Shown in pieces: positions 43,205 to 53,712 of a stretch of 64,000 nt of DNA. The DNA lies in the NCBI GenBank assembly GCA_963828255.1, contig CAWHDZ010000030.1, positions 128,001-192,000 on the forward strand, read 5' to 3'. Numbering within the stretch: the stretch's first letter is position 1; every line of letters begins with the position of its first letter. The stretch comes from an uncultured delta proteobacterium. GTDB lineage: Bacteria; Myxococcota; Myxococcia; Myxococcales; Anaeromyxobacteraceae. The position numbers and the translations under genes are program-made. Under the pieces are notes generated by a model that was not told the origin of the DNA, made no database searches, and was given only the letters and a program-made list of their open reading frames with translations.

Positions 43205-44415
43205 ATGAGCAGACCCGCCGCCGGGGGCCCTCGCGGCGCCTTCCAGAGCTTCTTCCACTCCGAGGCCTCGGGGAGCGTCCTGCTCCTCCTCTTCACCGGG
43301 GCGGCGCTCCTCTGGGCCAACTCTCCCTGGACCGCGTCCTACGAGCGCATGCGGCACGCGCCCATCGGGGTCAGCGTCGCTGGATGGGACTTCTCCATGT
43401 CGGCGGCCCACTGGGTCAACGACGGCCTGATGGCGATCTTCTTCTTCGTGGTCGGGCTGGAGATCAAGCGCGAGCTCTCGGTGGGCGCGCTCTCCACCTT
43501 CCGGAGCGCGCTCCTCCCGGTGGCGGCGGCGCTGGGCGGACTGGCGGCGCCGGCCCTGATCTACGCGGCGCTCAACGCCGGGGGCCCGGGGCGGCGGGGT
43601 GGGGCGTGCCCATGGCCACCGACATCGCCTTCGCGCTGGGTGTGCTGGCGCTGCTGGGGCCGCGGGTGCCGCTGGGGCTCAAGATGTTCCTGACCGCGCT
43701 GGCCATCGCCGATGACCTGGGGGCCGTGCTGGTCATCGCCGCCTTCTACACCGAGCGCATCAACCCGGTCGCTCTGGCCGTGGCGGCCGGGAGCCTGGGA
43801 CTGCTCTACCTGGCCACCCGGCTCTCGGTGCGCCGGTACGGGGCCTATTTCCTGCTCGCCTTCGCGGTGTGGGCCGCCACGCTCGCCTCCGGCGTCCACG
43901 CCGCCGTGGCCGGGATCCTGATCGCGCTGACCGTGCCGGTGCGATCCGGCATCGAGCCCGGCGCCTTCCTGGCCACCCTGCGCGGGAGGCTCCAGGAGCT
44001 GGAGCGGGGAACCCTGACCCGCGAGAGCACGGTGCACCACCCGGAGCAGATGGCGGCCGTCGAGGAGATCGGGATCGCCACGCTCGACTTCCTTCCCAAC
44101 GGCTTCGCGATCGAGCGCTACCTCCACCCCTTCACGGCCTTCTTCGTGCTGCCGGTCTTCGCCCTCTTCAACGCCGGGGTGCGGCTCGACGGACGGATCC
44201 AGGAGACGCTGCTCCAGCCGGTCAGCCTGGGCGTCGTCCTCGGGGGCATCGGCTTCACCATGTCGATCTTCGTGGCCGGCCTGGCCTTCCCGGAGGGACC
44301 GCTGCTCGCCGCGGCGAAGCTCGGCATCCTGGCCGCCTCCTCCGTCTCGGGGGTGGTCGGCTTCGCCGTGCTGAAGGCCATCCTGGCCCGGGCGCCCGAC
44401 CCCAGTGCGCCGTGA
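43205..44415 (+). pseudogene. nhaA: Na+/H+ antiporter NhaA, frameshifted and with an apparent internal deletion
   Basis: WVNDGLMAIFFFVVGLEIKRE in one frame; GWGVPMATDIAFA and ALAIADD in the next (shift near 43590). PVSLGVVLG joins directly to GIGFTMSIF, so the GKPxGI segment is absent. Confidence 0.85.
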
Positions 44416-44831
44416 CCAACGAGCGCCCCGACCTCTGCGCCGCCTGCGGCGAATGCTGCCGGACGCGCCCCGGGGCGGAGGAGCCCGCCCGCTTCCTCGC
44501 CGCTCCCGACCCGGCCGGAGCCCTGGCGCGCGCGCTCCGGTCCGGCGACTGGGTGCTGGCCAGGCTCGCCGGCATCCGCTACCCGCGCCCGGCCACGGTG
44601 GCGGAGCGGGCCGCCGGGACGGTTCATCGAGGCGCGGAGGCCTCCCCCTGCGTCTTCCTCGGGGAATCGGGGTGCAGGCTGCCCTTCGCGGACCGGCCCC
44701 GGATGTGCCGCGAGCTCGAGCCATGGGCGAACGGCGAATGCCAGGCCGGCTGGGACCTGCCCGAAGCCACCCGAGCGTGGGCTACCTGCCAGGGGCTTGT
44801 CGATGACGCACTACGGGTCACGAGCCCGTGA
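44412..44831 (+). CDS. YkgJ-like Cys-cluster (CxxCxxCC) protein
   Basis: GTG at 44412; CAACGECCR, PCVFLGESGCRL...RPRMCR. Confidence 0.8.
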   Translation: MTNERPDLCAACGECCRTRPGAEEPARFLAAPDPAGALARALRSGDWVLARLAGIRYPRPATVAERAAGTVHRGAEASPCVFLGESGCRLPFADRPRMCRELEPWANGECQAGWDLPEATRAWATCQGLVDDALRVTSP

Positions 44832-46697
44832 AGAACCGCTCGTCTGCTGGCGCCGGCCGCCATCGTCCTCGCCGGCGCCCTCGCCTACGCGAGCGCCTTC
44901 CCGGGCGCCTTCGTCTTCGACGACGCCTTCAACGTGGCCGGGAACCGTGGGCTCGACCGGCTCCCCGACTTCCTTCCCGGCGGGCCGGGCTGGTCGGCCC
45001 AGCCCAACCGGGCCTTCACCTTCGCCACCTTCGCGCTCGACCGGGCCGTCGCCGGCAACGACCCAGGCTTCCACCGCGCGGTGAACCTGGGCATCCACCT
45101 CGCCGCGGCGCTCCTCGTGTTCGCCCTGGCGGTGGCCGCCTTCCGGGCGCCCCGCCTGCGCGGCTCGGCGCTGGCGCCGGAGGCCTGGGCGGTCGGGCTC
45201 GTGGCCGGCCTGCTCTTCGTCGCCCACCCCGTCCAGACGCAGGCGGTGACCTACGTCGTGCAGCGGCTCACCTCGCTCGCGGCCCTCCTCTACCTCGCCT
45301 CGGCCCTGCTCTACCTCCGCTGGCGGGTCGCCCGGGAGGGGGGCGCCTCCGGATGGCGCTCCTGGATCCCCTACGCCGGCGCCTTGCTCGCCGCCCTGCT
45401 CGCCATGCGGTCGAAGGAGATCGCCTTCACCCTGCCGGTGGCGCTGCTCCTCATCGAGGCGGCGCTCCTCGACGGACCGTGGAGGCGGCGCCTCCTCGGC
45501 CTCGTTCCCTTCGCGGCGACCATGGTCCTCATCCCGGCGACGCTCCTCCTCGCGGCCGCGCCCTCCGGCGCACCCCAGGTGAACCTGATCGAGCCCCTGC
45601 GCGTGCAGACCGACATGGCACGCCTCGACTACCTCCTCACCCAGGCCACGGTGGTGGTCCGCTACCTCGGCCTCCTCGTCCTGCCGGTGGGGCAGACCAT
45701 CGACCACGACGTCCCGCTGCGGACGTCGCTCGCCGACCCGGCCGTGCTGGCCGCGGCCGCGGTCCTTCTCGCCCTGGCCGGCGCGGCCGTGGGCCTGCTC
45801 CTCGCCGCGTCGTCCCGACGGGCCCGCCCCGCCGACCCGGCACTCCGCCTCGCCGCCCTGGGGATCGGCTGGTTCTTCCTCGCGCTCTCGGTCGAGTCGA
45901 GCCTCATCCCCATCGTGGACCTCATGGTGGAGCACCGGGTCTACCTGCCCTTCGCCGGGCTCTCCCTCACGGTGGCCACGCTCCTGGCCCTGGGCGCGCG
46001 CCGCCTCGTCCCTGGCCGCGCGGCGGTGTTCACCTTTGGTGTAGGCCTGCTCCTCGCCGCCCTGCTGGGCGGGGCCACCTGGAAGCGGAACGGGGCCTGG
46101 GCGAGCGAGGTGGCGCTCTGGACCGACGCCGTGGAGAAGGCGCCGGCCAAGGCCCGCCCCCGCCACAACCTGGGCGTGGCCCTGAACGCGCTGGGGCGGC
46201 GCGCCGAGGCGATGACGCTCCTGCAGGAGGCCGTCCGGCTCGACCCGGGCTACGCCCAGGGGCACGACAGCCTGGGGGTCGCGCTCGCCGACGCGGGGCG
46301 CCCCGCCGAGGCCGAGGTCCACTTCCTCCGCGCCATCGAGCTCGACCCGAGGCTCGCCACCCCCTGGTTCGACCTGGGGACCCTGCGCTTCGAGTCGGGG
46401 CGGTACGCCGAGGCCATCCCGCTCCTCGAGCAGGCCATCGCGCGCCACCCCGACCACTCCGCCGCCTACGCCAACCTGGGCGCCTCCTGGAACGCCCTGG
46501 GGCGCCCGGCCGATGCGGTGCGGGTGCTGCAGGGGGCGCGGGAGGTCATCCGCGACAGCGCGCTCGCCCGCGCGCAGCTGGCGCTCGGGCTGGCCCAGCT
46601 CGGCGACCTGGCCGCCGCGCGGCGCGAGGCGGACGCCATCCGGCGCCTCTCGCCGGGAATCGCCGCCCAGGTCCAGCGTTACATCGAGACTCCATGA
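44828..46697 (+). CDS. TMTC-like GT-C membrane glycosyltransferase with C-terminal TPRs (start out of frame)
   Basis: The frame extends upstream of 44934 as RLLAPAAIVLAGALAYASAFPGAFVFDD; HPVQTQAVTYVVQR, SKE, EHRVYLP, four or more TPRs. GTG at 44828 is 1 nt out of frame. Confidence 0.8.
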
Positions 46698-48796
46698 CCC
46701 CCGCACTCCTCGCCCTCGCTCTCGCCGCCACGCCCGCATCCCCCCCGCCGGGCGCGAACCCGCTCCTCACCGCGTGGACCGCGCCCTTCGGGCTGCCCCC
46801 CTTCGGGGAGATCCGGTCCGAGCACTTCCGCCCGGCCTTCGACGCGGCCATGGCCGCGCACCGCGCCGAGGTGGAGGCCATCGCGGCGAACCCCGACGCC
46901 CCCACCTTCGCGAACACGGTGGCGGCGCTGGGGATTTCGGGAGAGCGGCTGGCCTCGGTGCAGGCGGTCTTCGGGACGCTCGTCTCCGCCCAGTCCACCG
47001 AGGAGATCCAGGCCATCCAGCGGGAGATGGCGCCACGCCTCACCCGCCACCGCGACGACACCATGCTCGACGACCGGCTCTTCCGCCGGGTGAACCTGAT
47101 CCGGGAGTCCCCCGCGGCGCAGGCGCTCGAGCCCGACCAGAAGGTGCTGCTGGAGCGGACCTGGAAGGGCTTCGTCCGGTCCGGGGCCGGGCTCGACCCG
47201 GCCCGCAAGGAGCGGCTCAAGGCGCTGAACGGGGAGCTCGCATCACTCGGAGTGAAATTCGGCGACAACCTGCTGGCCGCCACCAACGGGTGGAAGCTGG
47301 TCCTCGACCGGGAATCCCAGCTGGCCGGGCTGCCCCCGGGCCAGGTGACGGCCATGGCCGAGGCGGCGGGCAAGGCGGGGCTCCCGGGGAAGTGGGTGGT
47401 GACCCTCCACGCGCCCAGCCTCTGGCCCTTCCTGAAGTACGCCGATGACCGGGAACTGCGCCGCCGGGTCTTCGAGGCCTACGCCTCCCGGTGCGACCAG
47501 GGCGGGCCCACCGACAACAAGGCCGTCGTGTCGCGCACCGCGGCGCTGCGGGTCGAGAAGGCCCGGCTGCTCGGCTACCCGACCTGGGCCGACTACGTCC
47601 TCGACGACCAGATGGCCGGGAACCCGGCGGCCGCCTACGGGCTCGTGACCCAGCTCTGGGGTCCGGCCAAGGGGGCGGCGGCGCGGGAGGCCCAGGTCCT
47701 CGAGGAGGCCATCCGCGCCGACGGGAAGAGCCACCCGCTCGAGCCCTGGGACTGGTTCTACTACACCGAGAAGGTGAGGAAGAGCCGCTACGACCTGGAC
47801 GAGAGCGAGCTGCGCGCCTACTTCCCCATCGACAGGGTCCGCGACGGAGCCTTCGGCGTCGCCACCCGGCTCTACGGCATCACCTTCACCGAGCTCCGCG
47901 ACGTCCCGCGCTGGGATCCGGAGGTCCGGGCCTTCGAGGTGAGGGACCGCGACGGCTCCCACCTGGCCGTCTTCCTGGTGGACTTCCACCCCAGGCCCGG
48001 GAAGCGGTCGGGCGCATGGGCCAGCGGCCTGCGCGGACAGTGGGTGAAGGACGGCAGGGAGGTCCGCCCCATCGTCACCAACACCTGCAACTTCACCCGG
48101 CCGGCAGGCGACGCCCCGGCGCTGCTCTCGCAGGAGGAGGTGGAGACCCTCTTCCACGAGCTCGGCCACGGGCTCAACTCCATCCTGGCGCGGCGGCGCT
48201 ACGAGGGCTACGGCCCCATGCCGCGCGACTTCGTGGAGCTCCCCTCGCAGATCATGGAGAACTGGGCCTTCCAGCCCGAGGTGCTGGCCTCCTACGCGCG
48301 CCACTGGAAGACCGGGGAGACCATCCCGCCGGCGGTCGTCGAGAAGATCCGGCGCAGCGCCCGGTTCGACCAGGGGTTCAAGAACACCGAGTACCTGGCG
48401 GCCGCGCTGCTCGATCTGGAATGGCACACCCTCTCCGCCGCCGGCGAGCCCGATGCCGCGGCCCTGGAGCGGATCGCGCTGTCGCGCATGGGAATGCCGT
48501 CCGCCATCCTGCCGCGCTACCGCACCACCTACTTCCAGCACGCCTTCGGCCCGGGCGGGGGCTACGCGGCCGGGTACTACAGCTACAAGTGGGCCGAGGT
48601 GCTCGACGCCGACGCCTTCTCGCTCTTCGAGGAGAAGGGGCTCTTCGACCCGGCCACCGCGCTGGCCTTCCGGCAGCTGCTCGAGAAGGGGCGCTCGGTG
48701 GACCCCATGGAACTCTACGTGAAGTTCCGCGGGCGGGCGCCCTCGGTGGAACCGCTCAAGCGGAAGCTCGGGCTGGAGGCGCCGGCGGCCCGCTGA
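46694..48796 (+). CDS. dcp: M3-family metallopeptidase (peptidyl-dipeptidase Dcp-like)
   Basis: Signal peptide; NPLL; GKRSGAW; TLFHELGH; DFVELPSQIMENW; GYAAGYYSYKWAEVLDAD. Confidence 0.9.
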   Translation: MTPALLALALAATPASPPPGANPLLTAWTAPFGLPPFGEIRSEHFRPAFDAAMAAHRAEVEAIAANPDAPTFANTVAALGISGERLASVQAVFGTLVSAQSTEEIQAIQREMAPRLTRHRDDTMLDDRLFRRVNLIRESPAAQALEPDQKVLLERTWKGFVRSGAGLDPARKERLKALNGELASLGVKFGDNLLAATNGWKLVLDRESQLAGLPPGQVTAMAEAAGKAGLPGKWVVTLHAPSLWPFLKYADDRELRRRVFEAYASRCDQGGPTDNKAVVSRTAALRVEKARLLGYPTWADYVLDDQMAGNPAAAYGLVTQLWGPAKGAAAREAQVLEEAIRADGKSHPLEPWDWFYYTEKVRKSRYDLDESELRAYFPIDRVRDGAFGVATRLYGITFTELRDVPRWDPEVRAFEVRDRDGSHLAVFLVDFHPRPGKRSGAWASGLRGQWVKDGREVRPIVTNTCNFTRPAGDAPALLSQEEVETLFHELGHGLNSILARRRYEGYGPMPRDFVELPSQIMENWAFQPEVLASYARHWKTGETIPPAVVEKIRRSARFDQGFKNTEYLAAALLDLEWHTLSAAGEPDAAALERIALSRMGMPSAILPRYRTTYFQHAFGPGGGYAAGYYSYKWAEVLDADAFSLFEEKGLFDPATALAFRQLLEKGRSVDPMELYVKFRGRAPSVEPLKRKLGLEAPAAR

Positions 48797-48904
48797 CGCA
48801 GCGGCGCGCGGGCCCTCCTGGAGGACGCCGGGCCCGGGACGGGGCCAGCGGCGAACCTGGGGGGAAATGCAACAAGATCCCGGGTATCATGCTGCCCCAG
48901 CGCC

Positions 48905-50182
48905 ATGGCCCACCACGGCTCCCGATCCGTCTACGATCGCCTCACCGAGCGGCTGAACCGCTTTCCCCAGGGTGCGCCCCCGTCGGAGAGCCTCTTCGAG
49001 ATCCTGAAGATCCTCTTCAGCGAGCGGGAGGCGGCGCTGGTCTCGACGCTCCCCATCCGCCCGTTCACGGCGTCCCGCGCGGCCGGGATCTGGAAGATCC
49101 CCGAGGCGGAGGCGCGCCGCACGCTCGAGGAGCTCGCCGGGAGGGCGCTCCTCGTGGACTGGGAGGGGGAGCAGGGGACCGAGTACGTCCTGCCGCCGCC
49201 CATGGCCGGCTTCTTCGAGTTTTCGATGATGCGGGTGCGCACCGACGTGGACCAGAAGGCCCTCGCCGAGCTCTTCCACCAGTACCTCAACGTGGAGGAG
49301 GACTTCGTCCGGGAGCTCTTCGCCGGGGGCGAGACCCGGCTCGGGCGGGCCTTCGTGCAGGAGGAGGTGCTCTCCCCGGAGAACGCGCTCCACGTGCTCG
49401 ACTTCGAGCGGGCCAGCGAGGTGGTGCGCACCGCCACCCACCGGGGCATCTCGCTCTGCTACTGCCGCCACAAGATGGAGCATGTGGGCAAGGCCTGCGC
49501 CGCGCCGCAGGACATCTGCATGACCCTCAACGCCTCGGCATCGGCGCTCATCCGGCACGGGCACGCCCGGGAGGTCGGGGTGGGGGAGGCGCTCGAGCTG
49601 CTCCATCGGGCCCAGGAGCGCGACCTCGTGCAGTTCGGCGAGAACGTTCGCGAGGGCGTGAACTTCATCTGCAACTGCTGCGGGTGCTGCTGCGAGGCCA
49701 TGATCGCGGCCCGCCGCTTCGCCGCCGCCCACCCCATCCACACCACCCCGTTCCTCCCGGTGGTGGACGAGGGCGCCTGCACGGGGTGCGAGCGCTGCGT
49801 ACGCAGGTGCCCGGTGGAGGCCCTCGCGGCGGTCTCGGCCAACGATCCGAGACGGCCGAAGCGAACGGTGGCCCGGCTGGACGCGGAGCGGTGCCTGGGC
49901 TGCGGGGTCTGCGTCCGGGCCTGCCGCGAGGAGGCGCTGCGGCTCGAGGAGCGCGGGAGGCGGGAGCTCACGCCCCTGAACGGCGCCCACAGGGCGGTGC
50001 TCATGGCGCTCGAGCGCGGCAAGCTCCAGGACCTGGTCTTCGACAACCGGCTGCTCTGGAGCCACCGGGCCCTGGCCACCTTCTTCGGGGCCGTCCTCTC
50101 GCTGCCGCCGGTGAAGCGGCTGGCGGCGACCGAGCAGGTGCGGTCCCGCTACCTGGAGGCGCTGGTGCGAAGGGTGGGATAG
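48905..50182 (+). CDS. 4Fe-4S dicluster protein
   Basis: CYCR, ICNCCGCCC, CTGCERCVRRCP, CLGCGVCVRAC. Confidence 0.88.
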   Translation: MAHHGSRSVYDRLTERLNRFPQGAPPSESLFEILKILFSEREAALVSTLPIRPFTASRAAGIWKIPEAEARRTLEELAGRALLVDWEGEQGTEYVLPPPMAGFFEFSMMRVRTDVDQKALAELFHQYLNVEEDFVRELFAGGETRLGRAFVQEEVLSPENALHVLDFERASEVVRTATHRGISLCYCRHKMEHVGKACAAPQDICMTLNASASALIRHGHAREVGVGEALELLHRAQERDLVQFGENVREGVNFICNCCGCCCEAMIAARRFAAAHPIHTTPFLPVVDEGACTGCERCVRRCPVEALAAVSANDPRRPKRTVARLDAERCLGCGVCVRACREEALRLEERGRRELTPLNGAHRAVLMALERGKLQDLVFDNRLLWSHRALATFFGAVLSLPPVKRLAATEQVRSRYLEALVRRVG

Positions 50183-50220
50183 AATCCCTGCACGGCGCCG
50201 GTGCGCGCACGGAGGAAGCG

Positions 50221-50412
50221 ATGCCCGTCAGCAAGAAGCGCAAGAAGGATGGCAAGCCGGTCCACCGCAGCGTGGCGCCGCCCCCGGCGGCAGCCGCTCC
50301 CGACGATCCGGCCACGCCGGTCGTGGAGGCCGAGGCTCCCAGGCGCTTCGGGAAGCCCTCGAACCCGTTCGTGGCCCGCAAGACCGGCCGCTCTGCCCAG
50401 CGGGGCCGCTGA
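50221..50412 (+). CDS. Small basic hypothetical protein (63 aa)
   Basis: GGAGG RBS; MPVSKKRKKDGKPVHRS...KPSNPFVARKTGRSAQRGR. Confidence 0.6.
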   Translation: MPVSKKRKKDGKPVHRSVAPPPAAAAPDDPATPVVEAEAPRRFGKPSNPFVARKTGRSAQRGR

Positions 50413-50419
50413 GCCGGCC

Positions 50420-51844
50420 GTGGCCGCGGCGCGCCGGGGCTGGCACGTCTACCTCCTGCGCTGCGGCGACGGAACCCTTTACGCCGGCGCCACCAACGAC
50501 CTGGCCGGCCGCCTGGCACGCCACGCCGCGGGCAGGGGCTCCCGCTACACGCGTTCGCGCCTCCCCGTGGAACTGGCCTGGTCGGCGCGTGCCAGGGGGC
50601 GCGGGGGAGCGCTGCGGCGGGAGGCGGCCTTGAAGAGGCTCTCCCGCGCCGAGAAGCTCGCGCTGGTGGAGGGCGCGAGCCTCCCGGGACGGAAGCCGAC
50701 CCGCAATCCGGCCACGGACCTCCGTGGCGCGACCCGGCTCGTCGTCGACGCCACCCAGGGCGTGGCCGGCATCGTCGAGGACATGCAGGGGCCGACCTTC
50801 GGGATCGCCGGGCTCGTCCACCTGGGCATCCGGGGAGTGACCCGGCTCGTGGGCGGAGGGGTGGATGCGCTCCTCGCCCCCTTCGTGCCGCTCCTCGGCG
50901 AGACCCGCTCGCGCCCGGCCATGGAGGCCGCGCTGGCGGTGCTGAACGGGGTCGTCGGGGATCACCTGGCCGAGACCGGCAACCCGCTCGCCATCCCCAT
51001 GCGGCTGCGGCGGGAGGGCGAGCCGCTCACGGTGGAGCGCCGCGCGCTGGCCGCGGCGCTCCCCGAGGCCACCGGGAAGGTGCTGGTCCTCGTTCACGGA
51101 TCGTGCATGAACGACCTCCTCTGGAGCCGCCGCGGTCACGACCACGGCGCCGCGCTGGCCCGCGACCTGGGCTACACCGCCGTCTACCTCCACTTCAACA
51201 GCGGCCTCCACGTCTCGGTGAACGGGCGCGAGCTGGCGGCGCTGCTCGAGCGGCTGGCCGCGGCCTGGCCGGTGCGGCTGGCCGAGCTGTCCGTCGTCGC
51301 CCACAGCATGGGCGGGCTCGTGACCCGGAGTGCATGCCACCAGGCGGCGCAGGCCGGGATGCGCTGGCCCCGCAGGCTCCGGAAGCTGGTCTTCCTGGGG
51401 ACGCCCCACCACGGAGCGCCGGCCGAGCGCCTGGGCAACTGGGTGAACGTGGTGCTCGGTGCGGCGCCCTTCACCGGGCCGCTGGCCCGGCTGCCGCGGA
51501 TCCGCAGCGCCGGCGTCACCGACCTGCGCCACGGGAACCTCCTCGAGGAGGACTGGCGGGGATCCGACCGGTTCGGGGCGGGGCCGGATCGCCGGCGCCC
51601 GGTGCCGACTCCACCTGGGGTGAAGTGCCTGGCCGTGGCCGCCTCGGCGTCGAAGGGTCCTTGCGCCCGGCCCCGGGGCGACGGGCTCGTGCCGGTGGAC
51701 AGCGCGCTGGGCCTGCATGCCGATCCGGCGCGGACGCTCGACCTCCCCCCTGAAGGTCGCTTCGTCGTCCACGGGGCGGGGCATCTCGACCTGCTCGATC
51801 AGCCGGAGGTGTACGGGCGGCTGCGGGAGTGGATGGGCGGCTAG
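50420..51844 (+). CDS. GIY-YIG nuclease (YhbQ/UPF0213-like) fused to a PGAP1-like alpha/beta hydrolase
   Basis: HVYLLRCGDGTLYAGATNDLAGRLARH...REAALKRLSRAEKLAL, then VLVHG, AHSMGGL, FLGTPHHGA, GDGLVP, HLDLL in one open frame. Confidence 0.8.
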   Translation: MAAARRGWHVYLLRCGDGTLYAGATNDLAGRLARHAAGRGSRYTRSRLPVELAWSARARGRGGALRREAALKRLSRAEKLALVEGASLPGRKPTRNPATDLRGATRLVVDATQGVAGIVEDMQGPTFGIAGLVHLGIRGVTRLVGGGVDALLAPFVPLLGETRSRPAMEAALAVLNGVVGDHLAETGNPLAIPMRLRREGEPLTVERRALAAALPEATGKVLVLVHGSCMNDLLWSRRGHDHGAALARDLGYTAVYLHFNSGLHVSVNGRELAALLERLAAAWPVRLAELSVVAHSMGGLVTRSACHQAAQAGMRWPRRLRKLVFLGTPHHGAPAERLGNWVNVVLGAAPFTGPLARLPRIRSAGVTDLRHGNLLEEDWRGSDRFGAGPDRRRPVPTPPGVKCLAVAASASKGPCARPRGDGLVPVDSALGLHADPARTLDLPPEGRFVVHGAGHLDLLDQPEVYGRLREWMGG

Positions 51845-53688
51845 GAGGCGAGCGGCGGCACGGGGCAGCCGAGCGACGCGGCCACCGCCCGGACGATCCC
51901 GCCCTCGCCCGGGACCACCTGCCGGTCGGCCAGCGCGCAGGCTGCACAGGCGGTGAGGATCCGCTCCTTGAGCGCGGGCGCCGCCTCGTCGAGGCGGGCC
52001 AGGACCTTGTCGAGCCGGCCCCCGTCCACCCGGTCGCCCGGGAGCAGGCGCCAGGAGGTGGGGACGCCCAGGGCCGCGAGCCCGGCCTGGAGCGCACGCT
52101 GCGCACCCGCCGGATCGGCCGCGCCCGTCCAGGCCAGCGCGGAGAGGAGCTCGAGGCACTCCACCTGCACCTCCTCCAGCGTCCAGGCCCGGACCGGCGC
52201 CGACCGGCGCCCGCCCAGCAGCGGCGTGAGCCTCCGCTCGATCACCCGGCGGACGGCCCAGCGGAAGAGCTCCGGACGGGCCTGCAGGGAGGCGAGGGCG
52301 TCCAGGTCCCGGAGCAGCTCGCCGGCCTGTCCGGGGGACAGGTGGTCGAGCGCCGGCAGCGCCAGGTCGAGGAGGGCGAGTCGCGCCGACGGGTCCAGGA
52401 TCCCGACGGCGGAGGCGAGCGCGCGGATCCCGGCCGCGATGGACGGGTCGCGGTCCAGGGCCAGGAGTTGCCGCTCCAGGACTCCCGGATCGCCGTCCAG
52501 GAGCAGGGCGCAGGCCACGCCGCGCGCGCCCAGCGGCTCGCGCGCGCGGTCCACCAGCCCGGGTGGGAAGGTCGCCAGGATCACGACGGCCCGCTCGATG
52601 TGCTCCGGCCCCGGGCGCCCCACCGTCGCCGCGGCGGCCAGCACCGGGGCCGGAAGGGGGGCGCCGCCCTGCACCCGAGCGAGCCGGGCCGCAGGACGCG
52701 GCTCCACGGGCGGGGATCCTGGTTCACCCTGGGTGATCCTCCGGATCCGCTCCTCCAGGGGCGGGTGGGTGGCCATCATGCTCCCGAGGAAGCCGCCCAC
52801 CCCCTCGGCGAAGAAGAGGTGCGAGGCCTCCAGCGCCTCGGGCGAGGAGAGCCGGGAGCCCTGCTTCTCGATCTTCGCGAGCGCGCGGGCCAGGCCGCCC
52901 GGGTTCCGGGTGAACTGCACGGCCGCCGCGTCGGCCAGGAACTCCCGCTGCCGCGAGACCGCGAGCCGGATGAGCCGGCCGAAGAAGGCCCCGATCGACC
53001 CGGCCACCAGGAGCGAGAGCCCGGCGCCGAGGATCACGCCTCCACGCCCCTTGCCCCGGCCGTCGCCGCCCCGGAGGAGGATCCTTCCCAGGAGCGCCAG
53101 CACGGTGAGGCCGCCCACCATCGCCATGAGCCGGGTGCTGAGCCGCGTGTCCGCGTTGAGGACGTGGGAGAGCTCATGGGCCACCACGCCCTGCAGCTCG
53201 TCCCGGTCGAGGCCGTCGAGTGCGCCGCGGGTGACCGCGACCACCGAGCGCTCCGGGGTGAAGCCGGCGGCGAAGGCGTTCATCCCGGGCTCGCCGTCGA
53301 GGACGTAGAGGCGCGGAACCGGGAGCCCCGATGCGATGGCCATCTCCTCGACGACGTTCACGAGCCGTCGCTCGGCCGGATCGGTCGTCTGCCGGTCGAC
53401 CGCCCGGCCCCCGAGCATCCGCGCCACCGCGTCGCCGCCGCCGGCCGCCAGGCGCACGGCGTGGAAGGCGCTGCCGCCGAGGACCACCAGCGTCACCACC
53501 CCCGCCATCGGCAGGAGGAGGGCGACCGGGTCGAGCGAGAACGCCAGCGCGAAGCCCACGTCGGCGAGGACGATGGTCGCGAGCCACGCGAAGACGAACA
53601 GGAAGACGAGGAGACCCGTGTTCCGGCGCGCCCTCGATTGGGCGGCGAAGAAGTCGAGGGTCCTCCGCGCGGGGAGCGGAGCGGGCAT
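51841..53688 (-). CDS. M48 (HtpX-like) zinc metalloprotease with C-terminal extension
   Basis: VEEMAIASG, NAFAAG, ELQGVVAHELSH, SRQREFLADA, THPPLEERI. Confidence 0.92.
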   Translation of the reverse strand: MPAPLPARRTLDFFAAQSRARRNTGLLVFLFVFAWLATIVLADVGFALAFSLDPVALLLPMAGVVTLVVLGGSAFHAVRLAAGGGDAVARMLGGRAVDRQTTDPAERRLVNVVEEMAIASGLPVPRLYVLDGEPGMNAFAAGFTPERSVVAVTRGALDGLDRDELQGVVAHELSHVLNADTRLSTRLMAMVGGLTVLALLGRILLRGGDGRGKGRGGVILGAGLSLLVAGSIGAFFGRLIRLAVSRQREFLADAAAVQFTRNPGGLARALAKIEKQGSRLSSPEALEASHLFFAEGVGGFLGSMMATHPPLEERIRRITQGEPGSPPVEPRPAARLARVQGGAPLPAPVLAAAATVGRPGPEHIERAVVILATFPPGLVDRAREPLGARGVACALLLDGDPGVLERQLLALDRDPSIAAGIRALASAVGILDPSARLALLDLALPALDHLSPGQAGELLRDLDALASLQARPELFRWAVRRVIERRLTPLLGGRRSAPVRAWTLEEVQVECLELLSALAWTGAADPAGAQRALQAGLAALGVPTSWRLLPGDRVDGGRLDKVLARLDEAAPALKERILTACAACALADRQVVPGEGGIVRAVAASLGCPVPPLAS

Positions 53689-53712
53689 GACGGGGCGCGT
53701 GCCGGCGGCCGG

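Noticed and set aside
44829..44831. In-frame TGA as selenocysteine joining the YkgJ-like and TMTC-like ORFs
   Set aside because: It is not at a Cys-equivalent position, I see no convincing SECIS, and a 1-nt indel explains it more simply.
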